A DNA stretch of 64,000 nucleotides from Auanema rhodensis (lineage: Eukaryota > Animalia > Nematoda). Both the position numbers and the translations under genes were made by a program. Location of the stretch: NCBI GenBank assembly GCA_964057225.1, contig OZ059898.1:11966001-12030000 (forward strand), in the 5' to 3' direction. A model generated the notes under the pieces. It worked only from the letters and a program-made list of their open reading frames with translations, did no database searches and was not told where the DNA came from. Shown one piece after another: positions 14,201 through 27,006 of this stretch (positions are counted from its first letter, which is position 1; each line of letters begins with the position of its first letter).

Positions 14201-15220
14201 ATAACAGATAATCACGTGAACGGTTCACGCTAAACTATTTGAACATGAGTCAGAATATGCTAATTTATATGATAAACAACATTATTATGATGATTGTTGG
14301 TATGTAATAGTAAAATTTGATATGATTGATGAAGAATATTAAATATTATATTCTAATGTATTGTATACTACAAAATAATTATGATTAATGATTATAAATT
14401 ATAAATTATAATTATTATTTATGTTTATTCATTTAATATTTAATTTATTTCATGTATCTATATTCAAATCAAATATATTGAATTCGTATCGAAGAAACGT
14501 CTTTTCAACTAATACAAGTTGAAGAAAGTTTATATGGAGCTCTTAAGCATGTGTAATACAATGGATGACCAAATATTGACTATAAGACTAAAATAAATCG
14601 ATGAAGAAGCTTATAGTCAATGAATAAAAATATATGAATTGTATATATTAATAGATATTATACTATATGAAATATATATATAGATATAGTTATAAATTAA
14701 AAATATTATATATAGTTATGAATATTGATGACATAGATTAAGATTTGAGAAAGTTTTATAAGATTGATGAATATCGATAGTTAGATTACGGTCTAAGATA
14801 GATGTAAGCTTTCTCCTTCTCTCTCTCTCTCTCTTTTTCTCTTTCCCTCTCTCTCTCTCTCTATATATATATTTTTTTCTCACTTTTCTCCATTACTGGT
14901 ATAGAGAGACGAGAATGACAGAATAAGGTTTGAAAGAGATGAAAGAAGAATTTCATTAGTTTGTTTAGAAAGTATGCTCATATGAAACATAAAAGGAAAT
15001 TTGAATATATATATATATATATATATCTATGATACAATTAAATCTTTTAGATTACAATGTATACATATATTATATATGATATAATAGTATAAACATATAG
15101 TATATAGGCATAAAACTATCCTATTGTCATTACGTTGTTAATTCATTTACAATTCTGGAATGTTTATAAGAAAATTATCAACAAATACCAAAACAATCAT
15201 TTCAACTAAAAAAAAAAGAT

Positions 15221-15264
<44 letters not shown>

Positions 15265-15814
15265 ATAACTCTTTGAATCTCTCTCTTCAAATGTTTCACT
15301 ATCTTTCTCTCTGTCTAAATTTTGTCTTTGCATGAAATTCATACATGTTTTTCAATTGTTTCATTGCCATCCTCTTGTAATCTTACAGTAATATTGTCTC
15401 AAATAATCTGATTTTTAATAAATTATACGATAATATTATATTAAATATATATATATATATATATTATATTTAATATATATTCTCAATTAGTAGAAATACA
15501 ACTGGTATTATCTTACTGTAACTTTTTTTTTCTTTCTTCTTCGTAGAAAGCCTAAGGAAAACCGAAAATTTCTACTTATCTGCGTGTAGCTTACATGATT
15601 ATTGGTTTCTTCTTACGTATGATTTTTCAAAGCAATGAATCTATTGGAAAGACCATAAAGACAGTTTTGCGATACGGGTTCTAAATCCAATGACATAGTC
15701 CTTCATTGAATTGAAGCAAAGTGAAATTGCATGGTTGAAATCTCAGATACCTCTCTTTTTCTTTGAATGATTCGAAAAAAATTCTCTTTTTCTCCAAATA
15801 TAAATAAAATATTT

Positions 15815-15854
<40 letters not shown>

Positions 15855-17031
15855 TTACTTGTTTCATAAAAAAATAAAAAAAAAGTAATTTTTTTTTAAA
15901 TTCTCGAGTATATTTGAATTCATGTATTATAATCTGAATACAGATCAAAACCTGTTTCAACTTTTTTGATCTCAATCGATTTTCTGATGATTCATCAAGT
16001 AGCAAATACAGCTTATGATAAGCTGCAATATGCCCGGAAATTCTGATTTTTCAACCTTAAACTTTATATTTTTTTTGTTGAAAGCTACCTAACTATATGT
16101 ATATATTATTATTTTAAAATCAATATATTTCTTATAATTCATATAGTATCTTCGTTCCATTTTCATTTTGAAATCGTTGATCATTGAGACAAATCATCTT
16201 TAGTCTGTATTATGCTTGACTTTTGATTTTAGATAAAGTAACTCAATCAAATAAGTTTGTTTTACTATAAAACTTTTTTTTTCTTTTCATTTAACTTTTC
16301 GCGAGGTCGACAATTTTCAAACAAAAAAACATTTTAGAAATCCGTTGACGTCACGTTATGTGATCGTTTAGTAGCAAAACAAAGACAAATAGTGTTCTAG
16401 TTTGACTGACAGATATAAGCCACTACTAACTAGAACGCTTATTGATTTTTTAAGAATTATATTCATATATATATATTATAATTTATTAACTAAATAATAA
16501 TAAATATATTAAAGTTAATACTAAACTATTATTGATTTTTGATTGTATCTTCTTTCATATATTCTCTTGTCCATATTCATATTCATATTCATGGGAATAT
16601 ACTGAGTAGGCGGCAAAAATCATTCCATTTTGATTTGCCAATTTATTATCGAAAAATCCATAAAACATAGAATTTTTAACTTTTTTTTCTCTCCATTTAC
16701 CTCTAAGATAAGATAATGAAATTGAACAGCAATTTATGACTTTTTAATTATTTAATGATTATTAAAGCAATTTATAATTTGACATTTTTTTTCTTTATTC
16801 TTCTCTTCTTTGTTTATCATATATCTTTATTCTTTGTTTATTAATTGATATATTTTAGATTATTTTTTCTATATGAATCATCAACTTACATATTCCTCTT
16901 ATTCGTCATATTCTTATCTTTAAGCTATTTGAAGTTTTTGAAATCATATCTTTCTTCTTTTTTTTTCTTTTCAATTTTCTAATTTATAGATTTTGTGAAT
17001 GAATCAGAATATTTTTAATGTTTTTTTTCAG

Positions 17032-17321
17032 ATGTTAGGAGATCCGCTGGATGTTAAACCGATTATGAACAATCAGCCAACAGTTCGTCTTGGCAAAACA
17101 TCTGTTCAGATAATATGCCCCTGTTGTCGAGTATGTACTATCCAATTATTATTATTATATATTATCTTTTTAATATATTTTACTAATCTAATAATTAATT
17201 ACAGATGAGAATAATGACAATTGTTGTACCTCGAATGTGTCATCTGATGTCTCCAAGTCATCAATGTCCCCAATGTGCAATAGTTATCACCAAAGATTTA
17301 ATCATATCAACTGCACAATAA
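17032..17321 (+). CDS. Small LITAF/SIMPLE-like zinc-ribbon protein (71 aa; upstream exons not excluded)
   Basis: Exons 17032-17130 and 17205-17321 give MLGDPLDVKPIMNNQPTVRLGKTSVQIICPCCR|MRIMTIVVPRMCHLMSPSHQCPQCAIVITKDLIISTAQ*. The CPxC ... HxCPxC knuckles are typical of LITAF domains. Confidence 0.65.
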
Positions 17322-18352
17322 GATATTCGAACGAAACAAAATTTAAATAGCTTAAAAAATATTTTATTTTACTTCCTAGAACGCTATCGAAACTCACAAA
17401 TGTTTGAACAATTGTGTATAAGCTATGTTGTCATATTAACGGGTTTTTCTTCATCAATCTAAACCATTAATTGTCAAAAAATTTTTCAAAACATTCGCAT
17501 ATTTTTAAAAAATTAAAATATTTATTAAATTGTAAAACAAATAAAAATACATTCTTGTTTTCTCTATTTTCTTTACATGTATTTACAGATGTGTGCGGTG
17601 AAATTTCACAAAACTAAACTCAAGTTTTTAAGGCTTATTCTCAAGATAAGACAATTGAAAATAGAGATTTGGAAATAAAAACAAATCTTGCAGCCGCATT
17701 CGACTTTTATGGGAGACTGTAGATTTAGATATAGTTTTGAATATTTTACAACGTGAAATGTAAAGCATATTAACGCTTTAGCGATGAAATATCAAGTGTT
17801 GAATCAGGAACTAACATATTTTATGTTGAAAACTTGAAGTTGAAGCAGAAAAAATTAAGAATATAGAAATATTGATGATATCAGTTATCGAATAGATAAG
17901 AAGAACTCTTGATAATTTAAATGATTTGAATGAGGTAAACTAGAAAAGATGGTGAGAGTTCTCTTGGACGAAATGTTGATTAAGTTAAAAAGAATAGATT
18001 TGAGCTGTTTTATCAAACAAATACTTTGATTTGCAGATCCTGTTTGACATATACCTGATCAACTTCTTTAATCCTCAACCGATAAGAAATACTTTGATGA
18101 TAATGTCAAGACGAATTCATTTCTGAGAGTCTTGGACTCAACTTGTCTTCGTCAAATGCATCTCTAGAAGCTCTTTATAAGCCATATATATGTGAATGTA
18201 GTTGATGTTTTTCATCACTATTTATATTTTATTCGTAAAAAAGATGAATGTACGAGAAGAATCTGATCTGAATCATAATCCTTACTTCCTATCAAGATAT
18301 TACTTTGTGAAATGTTTTATTTTCAAATTTTTTTTTTCAGATTCAATCAAAA

Positions 18353-19221
18353 ATGTTTACATTTTGTTTGGCAGCCCTTATTATACCAGGTAGGCTAGAT
18401 CGCCCAGAATTATTTTTATCGAACGTTTCAAAAGTTCTTCTCACACGGCTGATCTGATAGGTAGGACAACCAAAATTGAAAAATAAAATAAAAAAAGAAT
18501 TCAATGAAGCAGAATTATCAGAATGCTTTTAGTTGTTACATCCAAATGCTTTTACACCAATCAGACATATAACGAGCATACATGGCCAACAATCTATATA
18601 CTTAATCCATTTGATGATGAAGGCAATCCAATAGCAGGTAATTGCACAATTCATGCAGATTCTGGATCAGATTTCCGAAAGCTATGGGTATGTTGTTGAA
18701 ATACAGTTATTTAACTCAAATATACTTTCAGCACTTTCAACTTCAGCAATTCATTAAAACTGATGATTCAGAAGATGCTTATATCGATATTCTAAATGGT
18801 GATGGCTCTCCCCTCTTTACGCAGTAAACCACAGATGATTAGTAAAGATTTACTTATATATTTAATAATTTAAGTATTAATTCTGTGACAAGTACATCAT
18901 CAAGTATATTTACCGTATCAAGTAGTACAAGAAATGTTATTATCAACGTTTATGTACCATCCACAAAAGGTAAAACCTATTAGAAAGAGCTTAACACATA
19001 TTTCTCACATTAATTTTTAAGTTTATTGATAAGATTATCACAGCTCTTGCTTTTAATTTCAATTTTTCATCACTATCCTTATTTTAGTCAGCATTGTGGG
19101 ACAGATGGAAGGAACTCCAATGCATATGTCAAAACTAGATGAAGATATAGTATATGGGGCATTACCAAATAATGATAAAGTGCTTGCACGACGAGGAGGA
19201 GTAAATCCAAAATTTCGTTAA
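18353..19221 (+). CDS. Secreted CUB-like domain protein (~170 aa), paralogue of the N-terminus of the next gene
   Basis: Five exons join in frame: signal peptide MFTFCLAALIIPVVTS, then KCFYTNQTYNEHTWPTIYILNPFDDEGNPIAGNCTIHAD...DAYIDILNGDGSPLFT...GGVNPKFR*. A tttcag acceptor ends at 18340. Confidence 0.75.
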
Positions 19222-19720
19222 GATAATCATATAATTACTTTTATAATATTTACTTTGCATATATATGTAAGTATAAAGACATTTAATTAAATTTGAAATT
19301 GTATTTCATTTTGATATCAAGAAGTTGAAAATGATAATCAGTAATGTATAAGTGAATCAAGAAATACAAATTTTGAAAATATATTTCAAATCCTACTGTC
19401 GATTCTATTTAGCAGTAATCGTTCGCAAATAATTATTAGAAAACTATGAAACATAATTGAAGAACAAAATTTATGCAATATGAACGGAAAGGAAAATTTA
19501 TTGTTTAATAGTGGAAATTAATGATAAGAATTATAAAATGATAAGAAATTTGAAAGTATTTGACTACGCCCTCTGAATAACTTCATATGCTACATGAGCT
19601 CAAGTCGTTGTCGTTCGATCATTATTCTTGAAGTATAGCAATTTCCGGCTTCTTTTTTGTTTTTTTTTTTTAGTTTAATTTCTGTTTATTAGATATCTGA
19701 CGACGTTTTCGTTTTCAGTG

Positions 19721-22316
19721 ATGCTACCACTTTTAGCAGCACTTCTGCTTATATCAGGTAAGTTATCATTATCCTATAGCTAAAACATGTAATATTTTAG
19801 GGGTCAATTCTAACTGTTATCAAGCAAATCAAACATATGATGTCAATACTTGGCCTGTAATTTATATTATAAGTTCTTTCGATGAGACCCACAATCCAAT
19901 ACCTGGACAATGTACCTATACAGCTAACACAAACGACCCATCTCTTGGATTTGGAGTAAAACACTCTATTAAGATTCATTTATATAATATTCTTAGAAAC
20001 TGGATGTTTCCTCATGTTCGGAAGATGGTTGGCAAATTACAATTAGCGACACTTCTGGATCTCACAAGTAATATTTTCAACATTTTCTATTAATTACTCA
20101 ATCTATATTATATATTTATTTGTTTATATATACATATATATATATATATATTTGGTGTGCGCAAAAGTTTCTGGCCATCCGCATTAAAATTTGAATAAAA
20201 ATTTTAAAATTAAAAATAGCCAGAAACAAAATTTATAATTATATTTGTTAAAGTATTTTTAATTGAAATTATTAAAAAAAATTCCATTTTCCATCTTTTA
20301 ATTTTGCTTTTTCTCGCGTTTTCCGAAATGGCTTTCTACTATGCTCACATACGTTTTTGTTTTGAGCTATATTTGAAGCAAGGTTTGAATGTTTCAAAAA
20401 CTAATAATCTTCTTCAAACCACTTATATTAAAGATATTACTTTTTATAGTACCTGTATATGAAATGTTTTATCACTCCTGGTAAAGTAGTACCTCTAAGT
20501 TCTAAAACCAAAAAACTGACCCCCGTATTATTTCCAGAAACTTTTGCGCACACCTAATATATTATATATATACATATATATCGAAATATATTACAGGTGT
20601 ACTCCACAAAACTGCGATTTGGTGAAATATGCCACAACTTCTTCTAATATCTCTGTATCTATTGTAACTAATAGTATATTTCTTTAAAATATTCATATTT
20701 TATAAAATACTAATTTATTAGATAAGAATACCTGTATGGCAACTTTAGTTCCTGTTCCAATAGGAACAATTAAGCCTACACCTCCTCCAACGTGAGATTT
20801 TAAATGTTTTAGACGCTGTTTTTGAAACTGACAACAATCATCTTTAGCACTCCTTATACTCCAGACGTAGATAGTCCTCCAAACAATCCTGCTGAGATAT
20901 CCGTTGATATTGCTTTTCTACTTGATTTCGCTGCAGGACCAAGCAATAAATACGATATTGTAGGTCTTACATAATCTTTTTTTTGAAAAGAAAAATTTTT
21001 CTAGAGAAAAGAATTGCTTGTAAATATCGGAAAACAACTTACATTTACAAGTGATTACAAAAACAAGGATAAATCTAGATATATGTTGGCTGGATTAAAC
21101 AACATTGTTGGAAGTTTTGGTCCATATGGACCGGTAAATAAAAAATATGATTAAAATTTGCAAGTATAAATGTATATATTTTAGATATGGGGTAATGATT
21201 CAAATAATTTTACAAATATGTTTTTGTCCGGCCCCATGCCTGGTAAATCATCTTGGCAAATGCAAGTTTTAAAAAATAATTATAAACCTAATTATATATT
21301 TCAAGGTCCATAGAGAAAATTCTCGACCATGCTTTTACAATCAATGGCAGTGACGTTGTAACTCCAACTAGAGAACATAGTCAAAGAGTAATGATGATCA
21401 TCTACTCTGATACGTAATATTCTTTTCTACATGTAAATTGAATTAAAAATCCGTTCATTATAGCCCAAAAGACGATATTAATGATATCATTGGCTTGAAA
21501 GAAAAGTTCCAGGCTAAAGACGTTGTTCCTGTCTTCGTTTATGTTAATGTGAGATCAAGCTTGAAATATTTCAAATATAAAATATTTTTAAGGATGGCAA
21601 TCCTGATAAAAATTTTGATTTTAATGGAACGTTTACCGTTATAAATGTTAGCAACTCATCTGATGCATCTGCTAGCCAAGTTCTTACCAATTCTATTGAT
21701 GTTGGAAATAATTGTAAAATTCAAATATGATCATGCTTAACTTCTTTCAATTTTCAGTATGTGGTGTTAAACTAGATGGTCAAGATTATAAGGGTGTTCC
21801 TATTGATCTTGACAATCTGAAGGATTCTAAAGCAGTTCAAAATATTAAAGTTCCATCAGATGATAACAATCAAATTCAAACGAACGGGACCTGGAACGTT
21901 TCTAATCAGAAAGCCAGATACTGTAACTTCTATACAGCTACTTATAATTTACAAACAAATGTAAGTTTTATCTTATCTTATTTATGTAATTTATATTATT
22001 TATAATTCAGAAAAAATATATCTGTTTCCAAATTTATTATGAAATAGAAGTTGAAAAGGATATGCTCAGAATCTACAGTAATGATATTGAATACGTCAGG
22101 CAAGACTATATGATTCAAATAAAAATTTCATTTAATTCCTAACTATTTAGCTTGAGTGGAATAGATGTCAGTGGCTCTCTCTTACACATTGAAGGCACAC
22201 CCAACAGCAACTGGGCTGCCCAGGTTGTTTTCTCTACTGATTCCCATGAAGTTTATGGAGGATTTAATTTGAATACTTGGAGCACTGATGAAGTTTTATG
22301 TAAAATGCCATCATAA
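19721..22316 (+). CDS. Secreted CUB-like / Pro-Thr linker / vWA / CUB-like multidomain protein
   Basis: Signal peptide MLPLLAALLLISGVNS. N-domain NCYQANQTYDVNTWPVIYIISSFDETHNPIPGQCTYTAN. Linker KPTPPPTTPYTP. vWA-like VDIAFLLDFAAG ... REHSQRVMMIIYSD ... VVPVFVYVN. C-terminal CUB-like YCNF...YEIEVEKDMLRIY...VVFSTDSHEVYGGF. TAA at 22314-22316. Confidence 0.8.
20151..20557. mobile_element. Non-autonomous mariner/Tc1-type MITE (407 bp) in an intron
   Basis: 24-bp terminal inverted repeats TTTGGTGTGCGCAAAAGTTTCTGG (20151-20174) and CCAGAAACTTTTGCGCACACCTAA (20534-20557) match at 23/24 positions. TA flanks both ends and there is no internal ORF. The TIR resembles mariner TTAGGT..GCAAAAGT ends. Confidence 0.88.
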
Positions 22317-23301
22317 AAATAGATAAAATCAATAAATAATATGATCTGGATATAAGAATGCTTCTAAATAATCGCAAAAATTTGATAAATAATTAGATTT
22401 TTGCTGATTATTTTCATATAAATAAGATTTTTTTTATTTTTTGTTGAATAAGTTAATATTTTTAGTTATTATAAATACTATTCATTCAGAAAAAAGTGAT
22501 AACATAAGCTGACTTCAAATGACTATTTTAGAAACAAACAAAGAAAAAATATTCATAAACTACCTAATGTGCTTTCCTAAACAATGAAGCTTAAATGCAT
22601 GATTTTTTGTGGAAAAAAGAAAACGTGAAATGTTTGTTTGTGTTGCTTAAAAAAGGAAAAAAAATGTTGAAGGGCCAACTTCCAACTGATCCCTTTGCTT
22701 CTCGTTTCCATACTTGGTATGTCATCTGATGGCATTCGTTTGTCTCTGTGTCACCACACATAAACAGGACATATAAGCCAGCTGGTTCATAAACTACTCG
22801 ATGCTCAGCTTTCTTCTTATTATTTAAACATTTTTAAAAGAGAAATACGAAAATTGCCTAACTAATGTATCCATGAAAGCATCCGATATACACACATATA
22901 CAGCTTATATTTACATAATATACTAAAACACTTTAATAGGTTCAATAACAAAATGCTGTAGAAAATGCTGCTTGATTGAATACTTCTATTCTGGATTCAT
23001 TGATTTTCAGATTGACTGTGATATCTGTACATACGTATTTTGGAACAGTTTCAAAACTATCAAAAGAACTATAACAGACATTTTAAACTTTTCGAGTTGA
23101 ATTGTCATTCTCTTTCCTTTTTCCTATTTTTTTTTTCAAATAAAAACAACTGAAAACTGTTCAAAACAAGAGTCATGTCATTGTTATCTGAACTGTTTTT
23201 GTAGGTAATTTTGTGAAAAAAAATTTTGATTTAAACAAAATCCAATATTTCTAGAAATCTTTGTAGAGATATTTTTATTTTTTATACTTTTCAATTTCTT
23301 G

Positions 23302-23440
<139 letters not shown>

Positions 23441-24945
23441 TTGTACACATATATACATATACACACCTACACTTACCTTTGAACCTCCTTCCTCTCGCTC
23501 GTTTAGTTTAGCTATCTGTTTTCTATTCACCTCTCATACTCATACACCTCTTTGTAAAAAATTGTAACAGTAGGAAAGAAACAGGGAAACACTTTTTTTT
23601 CATAAAATTCAAAACCAGATCATCAAAACAACTGGAACTGATATGTCAAGTCAACGTTTCAAATAGTTCCGGAATATGATATTCACTTTTGCCCTCAACC
23701 CCCCTTTTCAAACAGAATACGGTGATTTGACGACCTTTTGCCGCATATAGCTGAGTTTGTTCTTCATAGGAAGCCAACAGAAAAAGGCAGTTGTCTTGGT
23801 TACTATTATGTATTACTTTGAGACCAGAAACATGTCTTGATGATGACGATGATGCTTAAACTGGTAACCCGCCTTATATTGTCCGCGTCAACAGTCTCAA
23901 AATTGTTTCTTCTCTCGCCATTAATGTCTAAAAAACTCTCTGTTTTTATAATTATTTCTCTTTCAAATTAACGTCTCTGTCCTGATTTTTTTTGCCGCTG
24001 TGCCCTTAACTCCTCTACCACTGCCCACCCCTTCCACACTGCTGTTCGAACGCCCCCCATCTCTCACAGTCTCATTACTTCACCCCCACCTCTAGCCCCT
24101 CCTCAATTTTTCATAGTTTTTCTTCTTTTTCTCCTTCTTCAAGTCTTGTAGCTCTACTGTCGTCAGTTCTTCAGGGAGGAGTTCCTCGCGCAGTCTGCGC
24201 TCGACCGGTGGAGGCGTGGCCAGTCTCGAACCCTTGGCGCGCCTGACTCCGCCTTCTCCTGTGCCGAACCCATCTCTCGGTGGGCAGGAAAGGCCTGGAG
24301 GGGGGGGAGTTGACGAAAAAGATAGAAAGACACTAGCTTTCGCCTCTTTTCTTCTCTTTTTTATGTATTCAATAGCAGTTATGTCTGTCTTTGATTTTCT
24401 ATCATAAGTCTACTTCGCAATATTTTTTCCTTGTGACTTCAGTATATACATGTTCACATCAGATTGTCTTTCGTTCCCTTTTTTTGTTCTCGAACCCCTT
24501 TAGTCCATATTTCGTGTTTTAAGAGATGAACTGTACGTCTATGATTTGACCTTCTAAGACTAGTATGGGCTAGCTAATATACTATTGATAAAGATTTTCT
24601 ATTTCATTTTTAACTTCAATTTACCTATGAACTCTCCAAGTATTCATAACCAATATTTTTTTCCGTCAGATTTTCATTTTCTTAGCCATTTTCTCTAAAA
24701 CACCATGTTGTCGTGCTTAATTTTTTCGTTTGAAAAAGTGGCCTTTACTTTATATTTTTTACTTTTTTTGTCTTTATTAAACTAAAATTTGTTATTTTGC
24801 TGTTGTTTTACAGCCTGATTATCCATACTGTGCCAACAAGCTGATTCAACAACTACAAAGTTCAGCAGTTCTCATCTGTTTTCTTTGAATTGTTGCCATA
24901 TTTGGTACTTTATAAACCGTCAAACTGGATTCGTTACTAGCCACC

Positions 24946-25726
24946 ATGGCTCAATTGCCACAATTGCAAGGTCTATCATTTCTTGATCCCGACTCTAAAG
25001 CTGCTCTAAATAATCTTAATCTACGTTTAAACGATATCGATCTAAAACTTAGTGTTGTGCTTGAACTTCTAGCTACTCGTCTACCAGATCAAAGGTAAGT
25101 TCTTCGTGCTGCATTAAGAAATGTATACAACTTGATGTTTTGTTTATTTCAGAATACCATCATCTATTTTCTCTTCGCCACCTCAGACCATCATATCTGA
25201 TGCTGCAGCCCAAAGCCCTGTAGCTGGTCAGTCAGTATCGGACAAAACAGCATCACCAAAGGTATTTTAAAATCAATTTACAAGCTATTTCATTTAATAT
25301 ATCTCGATGCCATATCTATTCTATGCCCATTTTTCCGTATTATCTCTCTCTCTCTCTCTCTCTCTCTACTTCTTAAGCTGTTATATTGTTTTATTTTTTT
25401 TGAAAATGAAACCCTGAATTCCTTTCATTAATTTTTTTATTTTATGCTGACCTGCTGCCCTAAAAGATTATGCGGTATGGTCATCTCATTCGTGTTTCCT
25501 TTTTTTGTGCCTCTGGTTGAAACTTTATAAAGTCAACACTAGCTAAATGAATTAGCCTAACATTTTTTCAGCACAACTGCATCATCTTCTATTTTTTTGA
25601 GAAAAATATTCCTCTTCTAACAGTGCATGAGATATCTATTCGAACCACATTCTCTTAGATGTGCGATTTACTAATGATTCACAAATCATTTTTTATTTCT
25701 CTCTCTCTCTCTCCCTCTCTCTCTCC

Positions 25727-25775
<49 letters not shown>

Positions 25776-26445
25776 ATTTAGTCTCGTTTTCTCTCTTCTT
25801 TATTGGAGATCGATCAATAATCAAACTTATTCATCAGTCACTTAACAATCTCTTGACTTTCTATATTTGGAAAATGTGAGAACGAAACCTGCGACAAGAA
25901 CAGAAAGTACATGTTTACTTGGGTCAGTCAATGCTAGTTTCAAACAACCAATTTGGATTTGGATTTCAAATTATGTGAGCTACTAGTGAAATTGCATTAA
26001 TCCAACATATGAATATATATAATTTTTTATATTCCACATGATATTTATCTGCTTTTCTGTCTATTTTTTTCATGTTTGAACCCATATGATTGATAAAAAT
26101 GTGCACCTCTATCATCCTGTCCCTAACTAACAACGTTGTTAGTTTTATTAACAATGAACTTTTTCGTTCTCGTTATGACTATAACAGGTTCACATACGTT
26201 TGTAATCATCTGATGATGACTTGTGGAAGAACTTTGTCACATTTAACCTGTTTGAAATGAAAAAAAATGCAAATATCGGATGTATGTGGGGTGTGGGACT
26301 CAGTTTTGAATTTTTCATCCAGCTTTCTGAATTCTGTTGGTCTTCTGTTGACAAGTGCCAGTCCATTCGTTCAGTTCGTTTATCTGTTTTGTCATATCGT
26401 CGTTCAACAGACAAGAAGAAAAGCGAAAGATATGCAATGGGAGAG

Positions 26446-26506
<61 letters not shown>

Positions 26507-26966
26507 GAGTATTTGTGTGAGTGAGAGAGAGAAGTGCTTTTAGCTTCTTGGCACAAGAGTTGTCTAATGTTGAAAGTCTCTCTCTCACTCATACAGTTCA
26601 TTTTTCTCTCTATTTCTCTCTCCTTTGTGCTAGTGCTCTCAGGTGTCTCCGTTTCTTATTATCTTTCGCCGACTGTGTTCAGGTCTTCCTCTGAATCAAC
26701 TTCATAACCGCAGATCTGGTGTCCTTTCTACTTTCAGTTCTTTTGCTTACCACTGCTCACGCGGCTTGGCAATCATCCAAACACATTTCTCAAGCAACTA
26801 TTGTGAGCTCTTGAAACGAAAAGATCATTTAAAAGCAAATAGACGATCAGAAGAGGCGATAATCAAGTAGTACGAGTACTAGTAATAGTTCGAATTTTCG
26901 ACTCACAGGCAAAAGCAAGAAAAAACCGGGAAAGCCTGCTTTTCATCCACATGTTTTCCCTCTATT

Positions 26967-27006
<40 letters not shown>

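Noticed and set aside
9300-16900. Long interval with strand-biased purine content and many short ORFs upstream of tth-1
   Set aside because: No consistent exon chain or homology was found. It is most simply regulatory/outron and low-complexity DNA.
17590-18170. Possible exon remnants between the LITAF-like and CUB-like genes
   Set aside because: The frames I tried contained stops and no identifiable product.
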